Part shown: positions 1 to 7,467 of the stretch, piece by piece | Numbering within the stretch: position 1 is the first letter of the stretch | Layout: every line of letters begins with the position of its first letter | Assembly: GCA_963826125.1 (NCBI GenBank) | Contig: CAWGVV010000002.1 | Span: 1,526,855 to 1,590,854, forward strand | Direction: 5' to 3' | Origin: an uncultured delta proteobacterium | GTDB taxonomy: Bacteria; Desulfobacterota; Desulfarculia; JACQYL01; CAWGVV01 | Length of the DNA: 64,000 nt | Program-made: the position numbers and the translations under genes | The notes under the pieces: model-generated | What the model was told of the DNA's origin: nothing | What the model saw: the letters and a program-made list of their open reading frames with translations, nothing else | The model's database searches: none

Positions 1-83
1 AGGAAGCATTCGAGCAACTGGGGAGCCCCTTTCTTTTCGACATGAACGAACCGGCCGGCCGCGCGTCCGGCGCGCACCAATGA
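1..83 (+). CDS. 3' end of an upstream gene (partial), possibly the substrate-binding component of the ABC transporter
   Basis: Open frame running into the window (..EAFEQLGSPFLFDMNEPAGRASGAHQ*) and stopping at TGA 81-83, 7 nt before the permease start. No domain can be assigned from 27 aa. Confidence 0.3.
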   Translation, partial: EAFEQLGSPFLFDMNEPAGRASGAHQ

Positions 84-90
84 GCCGATC

Positions 91-879
91 ATGATACGCA
101 CCTTGTTTTGGGACCCCTCGCGCGACGGCCGCCGCATGTCGGCCCCGGTTTTCATCCTGAACCTCTTCCTGGTGCTGGTTGTGCTGGGTGCGGTGTTCAC
201 CTTCGCCTTCAGCCGTCTCACCTATCACTGGAATTGGGAAGCGGTGTACGAATACCGCGCCATGTTCGTGCGCGGCTGGCTCACCACCCTGGCCATTTCC
301 ATTGGGTCGCTGGCGGTGAGTTCCGTGCTGGGCGTTCTGTTCGCCCTGGCCCGGCGGTCCCGGCTGCTGCCCCTGCGGATGTTCGGCACGCTCTACGTGG
401 AACTGGTCCGCGGCACGCCACTGCTGGTGCAGATCCTCATCTTTTTCTACGTCGTGGCCAATGCGTTCGGCATCCAGAACCGGTATCTCGCGGGCATCCT
501 CATCCTTTCGTTTTTCAGCTCCGCCTATATCTGCGAGATCGTCCGGGGCGGCATCGAATCCATTTCCCGCAGCCAGATCGACACGGCCCGGGCCGTCGGG
601 TTCACCCCCCCGCAGACCTACCGCTACGTCATCTTTCCCCAGGCCTTGCGGCGCGTGCTGCCCGCGCTGGCCGGACAGTTCGTCTCGCTGGTCAAGGACT
701 CCTCGCTGCTCTCCATCATCTCCATCAGCGAGTTCACCCTGAACGCCCAGGAAGTAAACGCGTTCACCTTCAGCACCCTGGAAAGCTACCTGCCGCTGGC
801 CGTGGGGTATCTGATCATCACCCTGCCCATTTCCCTGTGGACGCGCGCTCTGGAGAGAAGGTTCTCCTATGAGACTTGA
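91..879 (+). CDS. amino-acid ABC transporter permease (HisM/GlnP-type)
   Basis: 262-aa polytopic ORF with an EAA-loop-like segment ARAVGFTPPQTYRYVIFPQALRRVLP. Overlaps the following ATPase gene by 11 nt. Confidence 0.9.
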   Translation: MIRTLFWDPSRDGRRMSAPVFILNLFLVLVVLGAVFTFAFSRLTYHWNWEAVYEYRAMFVRGWLTTLAISIGSLAVSSVLGVLFALARRSRLLPLRMFGTLYVELVRGTPLLVQILIFFYVVANAFGIQNRYLAGILILSFFSSAYICEIVRGGIESISRSQIDTARAVGFTPPQTYRYVIFPQALRRVLPALAGQFVSLVKDSSLLSIISISEFTLNAQEVNAFTFSTLESYLPLAVGYLIITLPISLWTRALERRFSYET

Positions 880-1600
880 ACTCGACGGGCTCCGGAAGGT
901 CTATCTGCGCCACACGGCACTCGATTCGGTGAGCCTTTCCACGGGCGACGTGCGCAGCCTGGTGATCGTGGGGCCATCGGGCGGGGGGAAATCCACGCTG
1001 CTCCGCATCGTCGGCGGGCTGGAATGCCCGGACGCGGGGTCCGTGTCGCTGGACGGCAAACGGCTGTCGTGCGACGAGAATTTTCTGCGGGAATACCGGC
1101 GGTCCGTGGGCACGGTGTTTCAGGCCTACAACCTCTTTCCCCACTTGAACGCTTTGCGGAACATCACCCTGCCCCTGGAAAAGGTGCACGGGCTTCCCCC
1201 GGAGGAGGCTGAACAGATCGCCCATGCGCTCCTGGAACGGTTTCACCTGAGTGAGCACGCGGCCAAAAAGCCGTACGAGCTTTCCGGCGGCCAGCGCCAG
1301 CGGGTCGCCATCGCCCGCGCGGTATCCATCAAGCCCCGGGTGCTGCTCTTCGACGAACCCACGTCCGCCCTGGACCCGGAAATGACGGCGGAAGTGCTGG
1401 AGATGATCGCGGAAATCAAGGAGGAGGGGCGCAACATCATCATTGTCACCCACGAAATGGGATTCGCCCGGGCGGCCGGAGACGAAGCGGTCTTCCTGGC
1501 CGAAGGCCGCGTGGTGGAACACGGCCCGGCGGCCAGGGTGCTGAGCGAACCGGAAGAGGAACTGACCAGGAAGTTTCTAGAACGGGTTATGAAGTATTGA
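869..1600 (+). CDS. amino-acid ABC transporter ATP-binding protein (GlnQ-like)
   Basis: Walker A GPSGGGKST, ABC signature LSGGQRQRVAIARA, Walker B LLFDEPTSALDPE, H-loop IIVTHEM. Confidence 0.93.
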   Translation: MRLELDGLRKVYLRHTALDSVSLSTGDVRSLVIVGPSGGGKSTLLRIVGGLECPDAGSVSLDGKRLSCDENFLREYRRSVGTVFQAYNLFPHLNALRNITLPLEKVHGLPPEEAEQIAHALLERFHLSEHAAKKPYELSGGQRQRVAIARAVSIKPRVLLFDEPTSALDPEMTAEVLEMIAEIKEEGRNIIIVTHEMGFARAAGDEAVFLAEGRVVEHGPAARVLSEPEEELTRKFLERVMKY

Positions 1601-1856
1601 GAGATGGAGAAGGCGGGGAAGGACTGCCAAATAAAACAGCATGAATCGCTCAGGGAGCAGAATTGTTGTTGCTGAGCGAAGAAATAAAACAGCAGAGCAA
1701 ACCGCCCGGGTATGTCTATTTTGATTCAAAGGCTGAGAGAGGAGGGTTGTTGTGGTGAGCAATCGCTTTTGACGTTGATCGATATTGTTCATCAGATCAT
1801 GTAGATACTGATTGAATGCAATTCATTGTTATTTCATGATTATGGAGATTAATGAA

Positions 1857-2852
1857 ATGATAAAAGATCGATATCCACGAGAAACGTTCCCTGGCAACAT
1901 GCCGATAAGAGTATTAAGGAACAACATTCTTTCTTCTTTTCAAAGTTTTGGCAAAGACTCCATGAATAGACATAAGGAATGGGTGGAAAAAGGCCTTATT
2001 AATCCCGCTATAGTATTCTTGCTGGGGAAAGATAGAGTTAGAACTCCTTATGTTCGCTCTAATTCAAGGAAAATAGTTGTTCAAGATACGTTTCTTTCAT
2101 ATTTATGGGTTATAACATATTTCTTTATTATTCTTAACGAAGAAGGATTTCAACCTAGACTTAGTGGTAAAACATTTGATGGTAAGATAAGGTTCGATAG
2201 CCCAATTCTCAAAGACGCCGCTTTATTATTCAACTGGGCTGTAAGTTTAGCGAATGAATACTCGGACTGGCGATATGATTTACCTAATCCAGAAATAATA
2301 AAAAAAGGGACTACAGAATACTACATTTTAAAAATAAATGCATTGTTTCTCGATGCACTTAATTTCATATTATTACATGAATGTTGCCATTTAGTTAATG
2401 GACATTTTGAATTAGTTAAGGAAATTAACAAAAAACAGCATATAGACATTGCTGAAAATGATCTTTTGATTCTCAAAGAACTTGAAAATGATGCCGATAA
2501 TTTTGCAATAAACTCTTTATTTACCGATGCAAATAATAACGAGAAGAAGTTAATTAAAGGCCTCGCTGTTATGTTGGCCAACGTTTCCTTGTTATTTCTT
2601 ATAAAAAATCCTCAATCGGTATCCTGTAGAAATCATCCAGATATTGATACTAGAATAAGTAACTGCTTAGAATATCTAGGGAAAGATATAAAATCATTTG
2701 ACTATATCTGGCAGATAGCTTGCTTTGCTTCAATGATTTTTTTTCGTTTTCATAATATTTCGGTTGATAACGCGCCTGCTGAAACAAGCATTGATTTATT
2801 TAAAAGATATCTCGATGTGTTTGATGAAATTAAGGCTTATGATAGAAGATGA
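1857..2852 (+). CDS. HExxH zinc-metallopeptidase-like protein (ImmA/IrrE- or Lit-like architecture), orphan gene in a very low-GC islet
   Basis: ORF 1812-2852. The preferred start is ATG 1857, preceded by GGAG at 1844-1847; in-frame alternatives are 1812 (TTG), 1836 and 1842. HECCH lies at 2376-2390 inside LLHECCHLVNGH, followed about 35 aa later by ELENDADNFAINSL. This resembles the HExxH...E..AN.FA layout of COG2856/ImmA-IrrE peptidases. Sampled 60-nt lines are about 27-35% G+C, against about 60% in the flanks. Confidence 0.7.
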   Translation: MIKDRYPRETFPGNMPIRVLRNNILSSFQSFGKDSMNRHKEWVEKGLINPAIVFLLGKDRVRTPYVRSNSRKIVVQDTFLSYLWVITYFFIILNEEGFQPRLSGKTFDGKIRFDSPILKDAALLFNWAVSLANEYSDWRYDLPNPEIIKKGTTEYYILKINALFLDALNFILLHECCHLVNGHFELVKEINKKQHIDIAENDLLILKELENDADNFAINSLFTDANNNEKKLIKGLAVMLANVSLLFLIKNPQSVSCRNHPDIDTRISNCLEYLGKDIKSFDYIWQIACFASMIFFRFHNISVDNAPAETSIDLFKRYLDVFDEIKAYDRR

Positions 2853-2883
2853 TTCAAATCTGTTCGGGACTCCTGTTTTCGTT

Positions 2884-4365
2884 ATGACCGATCAAACAAC
2901 AATAAATCCTCCCCTCTCTTTTGATGTGTGCCGCGCGGCGCGGGTTGCACGGGACGCGCGGTATGACGGTCTTTTCTTCTCGGGGGCGGCAAGCACCAAA
3001 GTCTATTGCCGTCCGACCTGCCCGGGGAAACCGCCTCTTGAGTCGAACACTGTCTTTTTTAAAAGCAGGGCTCAAGCCGAAGCGGCGGGGTTTCGGCCGT
3101 GTCTGCGCTGTCGTCCCGAACTGGCTCCTGACCCGCCCCTGCAAAAAGTCGCCGGGTGGCAGGTGAGATGTGCACTTGGCCGAATCCACCGGGGGATGTT
3201 CCCCGACGACGATTTGCCCGGTGTGCAATCGCTCCTCGTCGGCGCGTCGCCGGACCGGGAGCCCGAAGATTTTCACGCCGTTGTCGGGGCCACGGTGTCA
3301 CAGTATGCGAAAACGTTTCAATCGGGCTTCGCCAAAATGGTGCTCACCGATACCCCGTTCCCCTTGGAAGACGTTGCCGTCGCGGCCGGGTTCGACACGC
3401 CGGAAACCATGCTGAACGTCTTGTCCCGCCTCCATGGGCGCGATCCCCTCGCTTTCCGGCGTCCCCTGCCGGTACAGACGTATCCCGGCGTGAAATCGTG
3501 TGCGTTGATGCTGTCCTACCGCCCCCCGTTCGACTGGTCCGCTTTGCTCGGTTTTCTCCGTGCGCGTACCATTACCGGGGTGGAAACGGTGACGGATGAA
3601 ACGTACCGGAGGAGCTTCAGCCTGCACGGATGCCGGGGCTGGTTCGCTCTGCAAAATGTGCCGCAGATGAATGCTATACGGCTGGGAGTGCATGCATCCG
3701 ATCTGTCGTGTTTGATGCAGGTGGTGTGGCGCGTCCGGCGGATGCTCGATCTCGACGCCGATCCGCTGGCTTTGGGAACCTTTTTTGGTAACGATCCTCT
3801 GCTGGGGATCGTCTGGCAACGCCACCCCGGCCTGCGGGTCCCGGTGTGTTGGGACGGCGTCGAATTCGCGGTGCGCGCCATCGTGGGCCAGGTAGTGTCG
3901 GTCACCGTTGCCACGAAGCTCGTGGGCAACATTGCCGGGGCGCTCGGAGACAACCTTTCCCCGGCACCGCCGGAAGGTATTGAAAAGGTGTTCCCCGGTC
4001 CGGACCGGCTGCTGGAGATCGAAATGCAGTCCTGCGGGTTGTCCCGCAACAAGGCGCTCGCCATAGCGACGCTTGCCCGGGCGGTGGTGGACGGCGATCT
4101 TGACTTGGAAACGGCCTGCAATCCGGACGACTTTATCAAGCGGTGCACGGCCCTGCGCGGCATCGGCGAGTGGACCGCTCAAACCATTGCCATGCGAGGG
4201 TTGGGTGACGCGGATGCGTTTCCCGCGGGCGATCTGGGGATCGTGAAATCGTTGGCCGCCGCCGGGCATCCTTTGACGCCGGCGCTCATTCGCAAAATGG
4301 CCGAACGGTGGCGTCCCTACCGTTCCTACGCGGCCATGCTCTTGTGGATGATGCGCACCAAATGA
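2884..4365 (+). CDS. alkA: bifunctional Ada-N (Zn methylphosphotriester sensor)/AraC-HTH regulator fused to DNA-3-methyladenine glycosylase II (AlkA)
   Basis: N-terminal Ada Zn-finger YCRPTCPGK...FRPCLRCRPE, then an AraC-type HTH region. The C-terminal part has AlkA_N plus HhH-GPD features (LRGIGEWTAQTIAMRGLGDADAFPAGDLG). Start trimmed to ATG 2884, because the TTG 2764 extension overlaps the previous gene. Confidence 0.88.
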   Translation: MTDQTTINPPLSFDVCRAARVARDARYDGLFFSGAASTKVYCRPTCPGKPPLESNTVFFKSRAQAEAAGFRPCLRCRPELAPDPPLQKVAGWQVRCALGRIHRGMFPDDDLPGVQSLLVGASPDREPEDFHAVVGATVSQYAKTFQSGFAKMVLTDTPFPLEDVAVAAGFDTPETMLNVLSRLHGRDPLAFRRPLPVQTYPGVKSCALMLSYRPPFDWSALLGFLRARTITGVETVTDETYRRSFSLHGCRGWFALQNVPQMNAIRLGVHASDLSCLMQVVWRVRRMLDLDADPLALGTFFGNDPLLGIVWQRHPGLRVPVCWDGVEFAVRAIVGQVVSVTVATKLVGNIAGALGDNLSPAPPEGIEKVFPGPDRLLEIEMQSCGLSRNKALAIATLARAVVDGDLDLETACNPDDFIKRCTALRGIGEWTAQTIAMRGLGDADAFPAGDLGIVKSLAAAGHPLTPALIRKMAERWRPYRSYAAMLLWMMRTK

Positions 4366-4376
4366 GGAGAAGTAAC

Positions 4377-4913
4377 ATGCGCTACGACGTCATGGATTCG
4401 GAACTCGGCCCGATCCTTTTCGCCCGCGATGACACGGGCGTCAGCCGGGTGCACTTTCTCGGCAGCGCCAAACCGTTGCCTGATAGTGGCGATTGGCTGC
4501 GGACCGATGGGGACCCCTTACTCCGGGAAACTCGCCGGCAATTAACGGCCTATTTCGAGGGAAAGCTCCGCGCGTTTTCCCTCCCGCTTTCGCTGGCGGG
4601 CACCGATTTTCAACTCCGCGTCTGGAAAACGCTGATGGGCATCCCGTACGGGACGACCCGGTCCTATAAGGAGCTGGCCGCCGCCATCGGAAATCCGGCC
4701 GCTTGCCGGGCGGTGGGCAATGCCAACGGAAAGAACAAGCTGTCTATTATTGTCCCCTGACACCGACTCATCGGTACCGACGGGGGCCTCGTCGGATTCG
4801 CCAGCGGCTTGGAAAGAAAAAAATATTTGATTTCACTGGAACGATCACACGCCGAAAAAAAGGACCTCAGGAACGTTTCGTTGGAAATGTATCCGGTCCC
4901 CGCGGCTATTTGA
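4377..4913 (+). CDS. ogt: methylated-DNA--protein-cysteine methyltransferase (Ogt/MGMT) with in-frame TGA (4758-4760) at the active-site Cys position; candidate selenoprotein, otherwise a nonsense pseudogene
   Basis: GGAG at 4366-4369 and ATG at 4377. The MGMT fold is recognisable (FQLRVWKTLMGIPYGTTRSYKELAAAIGNPAACRAVGNANGKNKLSIIVP). TGA falls where PCHR has its Cys, and the same frame continues HRLIGTDGGLVGFASGLERKKYLISLE... to TGA 4911-4913 with no further stops. Confidence 0.7.
4777..4795 (+). promoter_or_regulatory. putative bacterial SECIS-like hairpin downstream of the ogt UGA
   Basis: CCGACG-GGGGCCU-CGUCGG: a 6-bp GC-rich stem with a G-rich 7-nt loop, starting 17 nt after the UGA. A second small hairpin ACCGA-CUCA-UCGGU lies at 4762-4775. 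Confidence 0.4.
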
Positions 4914-5021
4914 ATTGGTTACAATCGTACCGGACACTAAAGCATGCAGGATGAGAACGAAGGGTATCCTTTACGTTTCCGAACCCTTCCTCTCCCAGCC
5001 CCCCAGTACGGCGTAGGCCGT

Positions 5022-7070
5022 CTACGCAAGCGCCGCGCGGACCTTGTCGGCCAACCCTTTCATCGAGAAGGGTTTGGTGATGAATTGGACGCCCCCTTCG
5101 AGCATGCCGCGTTGGGCCACCACGTCGTCCGTGTAGCCGGACATGAAAAGGCACTGTAGTTCCGGCCGGATCTTCTTGAGCCGTTCGGCCAGGTCCCGGC
5201 CGTTCATTTCGGGCAGGATAACATCGGTCACCAGCAGATCGATTGTTTCGGGATACTCCCCGACCAGCCGCACGGCCTCGCTCGGGCTCGCCGCGGTCAA
5301 TACGGTATAGCCCAGTCTCTCGAGGATTCCGCCGGCGAGGGCCAGCACCGGGGCTTCATCCTCCACCACCAGCACCGTTTCGCCGAGGCTCAGGGGAAGG
5401 GCCGCCTTGCTTTCCTTTCGGATATCCGCGGCCTGTCCCTCCTGTCTGGCCAGGTATATTTTGAAGGTCGTACCTTTCCCCGGTTCGCTGTACACATTGA
5501 TAAAACCGTTGTTCTGTCTCACGATGCCGTACACAGTGGATAACCCCAGGCCGGTCCCCCGCCCCGCCCCCTTGGTGGTGAAGAAGGGTTCGAAAATCCT
5601 GCCGAGGGTTTCCCTGTCCATGCCGCAACCGTCGTCGCTCACGGCCAGCATCGCGTATTCCCCGGGTGCGAATTCGACGTGATCGGCGCAATAGTCCTCA
5701 TCAAAGACAACGTTTTCCGTTTCGATGGTGATGTGGCCGACACCGACGATGGCATCGCGCGCATTCACGCAGAGGTTGGCCAGAATCTGTTCGATCTGGG
5801 AGGGGTCTATCTTGATCGGCCATACGTCGGACGACGGGAGCCAGACCAGATCGATGTCCTCGCCGATCAGCCGTCGAATCACCCTCAACATGCCGTCCAC
5901 GGCCCCGTTCAAGTCGAGCACCTCGGGGGTGACTTCCTGTTTACGGGCAAAGGCCAACAGTTGACGGATCATGGCCGAGGAGCGATCGGAAGCATCCAGG
6001 ATTGCATTGAGGTGGCCGTGGAGCGGATGGGTCGTATCGATTTCACACAGGGCCAGTTCCGTGTGGCCGAGAATCACGCTCAACATGTTGTTGAAATCAT
6101 GGGCCATACCGCCAGCCAGCCGGCCGATCGCCTCCATTTTCTGGGACTGCCTGACCTGGGATTCGAGGGAAAGCCGCTCGGTGATGTCTTCGACCATCTC
6201 GATCGCCGAGGTGACCTTGCCCCGCGCATCAAAAATCGGGGTTGAAACGATGCGGTAATTGCGTACGGCGCCTGCCTGCGGGGTTTGCGTCACGGCTTCG
6301 TGGACCAACCCATCCTGCAGCGTCAGGCAGGTTGGGCAGTAGTCGCACACCACTTCGCGCGGCGGGTCGTTGTATGCGTGGTAGCAGAGGGGGGCCTGAC
6401 TCTGATCGATATCCGGGAACCACTCCCGCATCCGGTTGTTCAGCTCGAGAATCTCCATCCCGGGACTGATGACGGACACGCCGATTCCGATGTTGTCCAA
6501 TATACTGCGGATCTTTGCCTCGCTCGCTCCGAGGGCCGCCTCGGCCCGCTTGCGTTCGCGAATATCGCGTTCCAGGAGGCGATTGGTTTCTTCAAGTTGC
6601 AACATTTTCTCTTCCAGCTTGCGGATGAGCGCCGCATTGTACTGTTCGTGGAATTCCGCTTTTTCAGCGTGCGGAGGAGGATTGACCGGCTTGCCGGCTA
6701 CAAAGTTGGCCCAGGTTTCCCTGAGCATGGCCAGCAGTTTGTCCGGTTCCATCGGTTTGACGATGAACCTGTCCGCCCCCAGGCTGAGCGCGAACGCTTC
6801 GTCCTTGGGGTCCGTATAGGTGGCGGTGTAAAAGACAAACGGGATATCCTTGAGCCGTTCGTCCTCTTTCCATGCCCGGCACAGGGAAAATCCGTCCATC
6901 ACCGGCATCAGGATGTCGCTGACGATCATGTCCGGAACCGTGCGTCGAGCCTGTTCCAGGGCCTCGGCCCCGTTCGAAGCCAGTTCCACGTGAAAACCGT
7001 TGGCGGACAAAAGGATTTTCAACAGGTACAGATTCTGTTCGTTGTCGTCCACGATGAGTAGCGTGGTCAT
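5022..7070 (-). CDS. hybrid sensor histidine kinase/response regulator (REC-PAS-HisKA-HATPase-REC)
   Basis: Start trimmed to MTTLLIVDDNEQN (ATG at 7070). N-terminal REC, PAS, the H-box MAHDFNNML, the G-boxes GTGLGLS, and a C-terminal REC (LVVEDE...DLLVTDVILPEMNG). Confidence 0.9.
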   Translation of the reverse strand: MTTLLIVDDNEQNLYLLKILLSANGFHVELASNGAEALEQARRTVPDMIVSDILMPVMDGFSLCRAWKEDERLKDIPFVFYTATYTDPKDEAFALSLGADRFIVKPMEPDKLLAMLRETWANFVAGKPVNPPPHAEKAEFHEQYNAALIRKLEEKMLQLEETNRLLERDIRERKRAEAALGASEAKIRSILDNIGIGVSVISPGMEILELNNRMREWFPDIDQSQAPLCYHAYNDPPREVVCDYCPTCLTLQDGLVHEAVTQTPQAGAVRNYRIVSTPIFDARGKVTSAIEMVEDITERLSLESQVRQSQKMEAIGRLAGGMAHDFNNMLSVILGHTELALCEIDTTHPLHGHLNAILDASDRSSAMIRQLLAFARKQEVTPEVLDLNGAVDGMLRVIRRLIGEDIDLVWLPSSDVWPIKIDPSQIEQILANLCVNARDAIVGVGHITIETENVVFDEDYCADHVEFAPGEYAMLAVSDDGCGMDRETLGRIFEPFFTTKGAGRGTGLGLSTVYGIVRQNNGFINVYSEPGKGTTFKIYLARQEGQAADIRKESKAALPLSLGETVLVVEDEAPVLALAGGILERLGYTVLTAASPSEAVRLVGEYPETIDLLVTDVILPEMNGRDLAERLKKIRPELQCLFMSGYTDDVVAQRGMLEGGVQFITKPFSMKGLADKVRAALA

Positions 7071-7080
7071 GGAACTCTCC

Positions 7081-7467
7081 TTACGTCTTGCCCCTCTTTT
7101 CCGACGGCAGAAATTGTTCGATTTCGGCCATAAACGTCGCCGGATTGATCGGTTTTTCAAGGTACCCCGAGCATCCCGTGGCCAGAATGCGTTCCCGGTC
7201 GCCGGGCATGGCGTAGGAAGTAACCGCCACAATCGGGATGGCGCGCAGTTCCCCGTCGTCCGTCAGTGCCTGGGCGACGGCGTATCCGTCCATCATCGGC
7301 AACTGGATGTCCAGCAGGATCAGGTCGGGTTTGAACTGGTGGGCCATGGCGATCCCGGCCCCCCCTTCCCGAGCATGTATGACCCGGTACCCGTACTTTT
7401 CCAGGATGAACGTCACCAGGTAGGCGTTCTTTTCATTGTCCTCAATCACCAAAACAGTGGCGCTCAT
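7081..7467 (-). CDS. single-domain response regulator (CheY-like)
   Basis: 128 aa: VLVIEDNEKN...DLILLDIQLPMMDG...AVTSYAM. Confidence 0.9.
   Translation of the reverse strand: MSATVLVIEDNEKNAYLVTFILEKYGYRVIHAREGGAGIAMAHQFKPDLILLDIQLPMMDGYAVAQALTDDGELRAIPIVAVTSYAMPGDRERILATGCSGYLEKPINPATFMAEIEQFLPSEKRGKT

Noticed and set aside
1577-1792. 71-aa minus-strand ORF in the spacer after the ABC ATPase gene
   Set aside because: It overlaps the ATPase stop and the duplicated non-coding module, which holds direct repeats and a hairpin. The composition and lack of an RBS argue against coding.
2764-2883. N-terminal extensions offered by the ORF track (2764 for ada-alkA, 7232 for the hybrid kinase, 23043 for the membrane kinase, 42045 for cobU, 42806 for dusB, 53619 for ychF, 36950/36391 for the exosortase pair)
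   Set aside because: The extensions overlap neighbouring genes or lack similarity. An internal ATG preceded by a purine-rich RBS coincides with the start of the conserved domain in each case.
4308-4954. Reading ORF 4308-4760 as a truncated ogt and ORF 4703-4954 as a separate small gene
   Set aside because: The conserved MGMT C-terminal half (HRLIG.DG.L.GF...) continues in the same frame as 4308-4760 directly after the TGA, not in the 4703 frame. The 4703 ORF translation has no MGMT similarity. The simple-pseudogene reading is kept only as the alternative to Sec.
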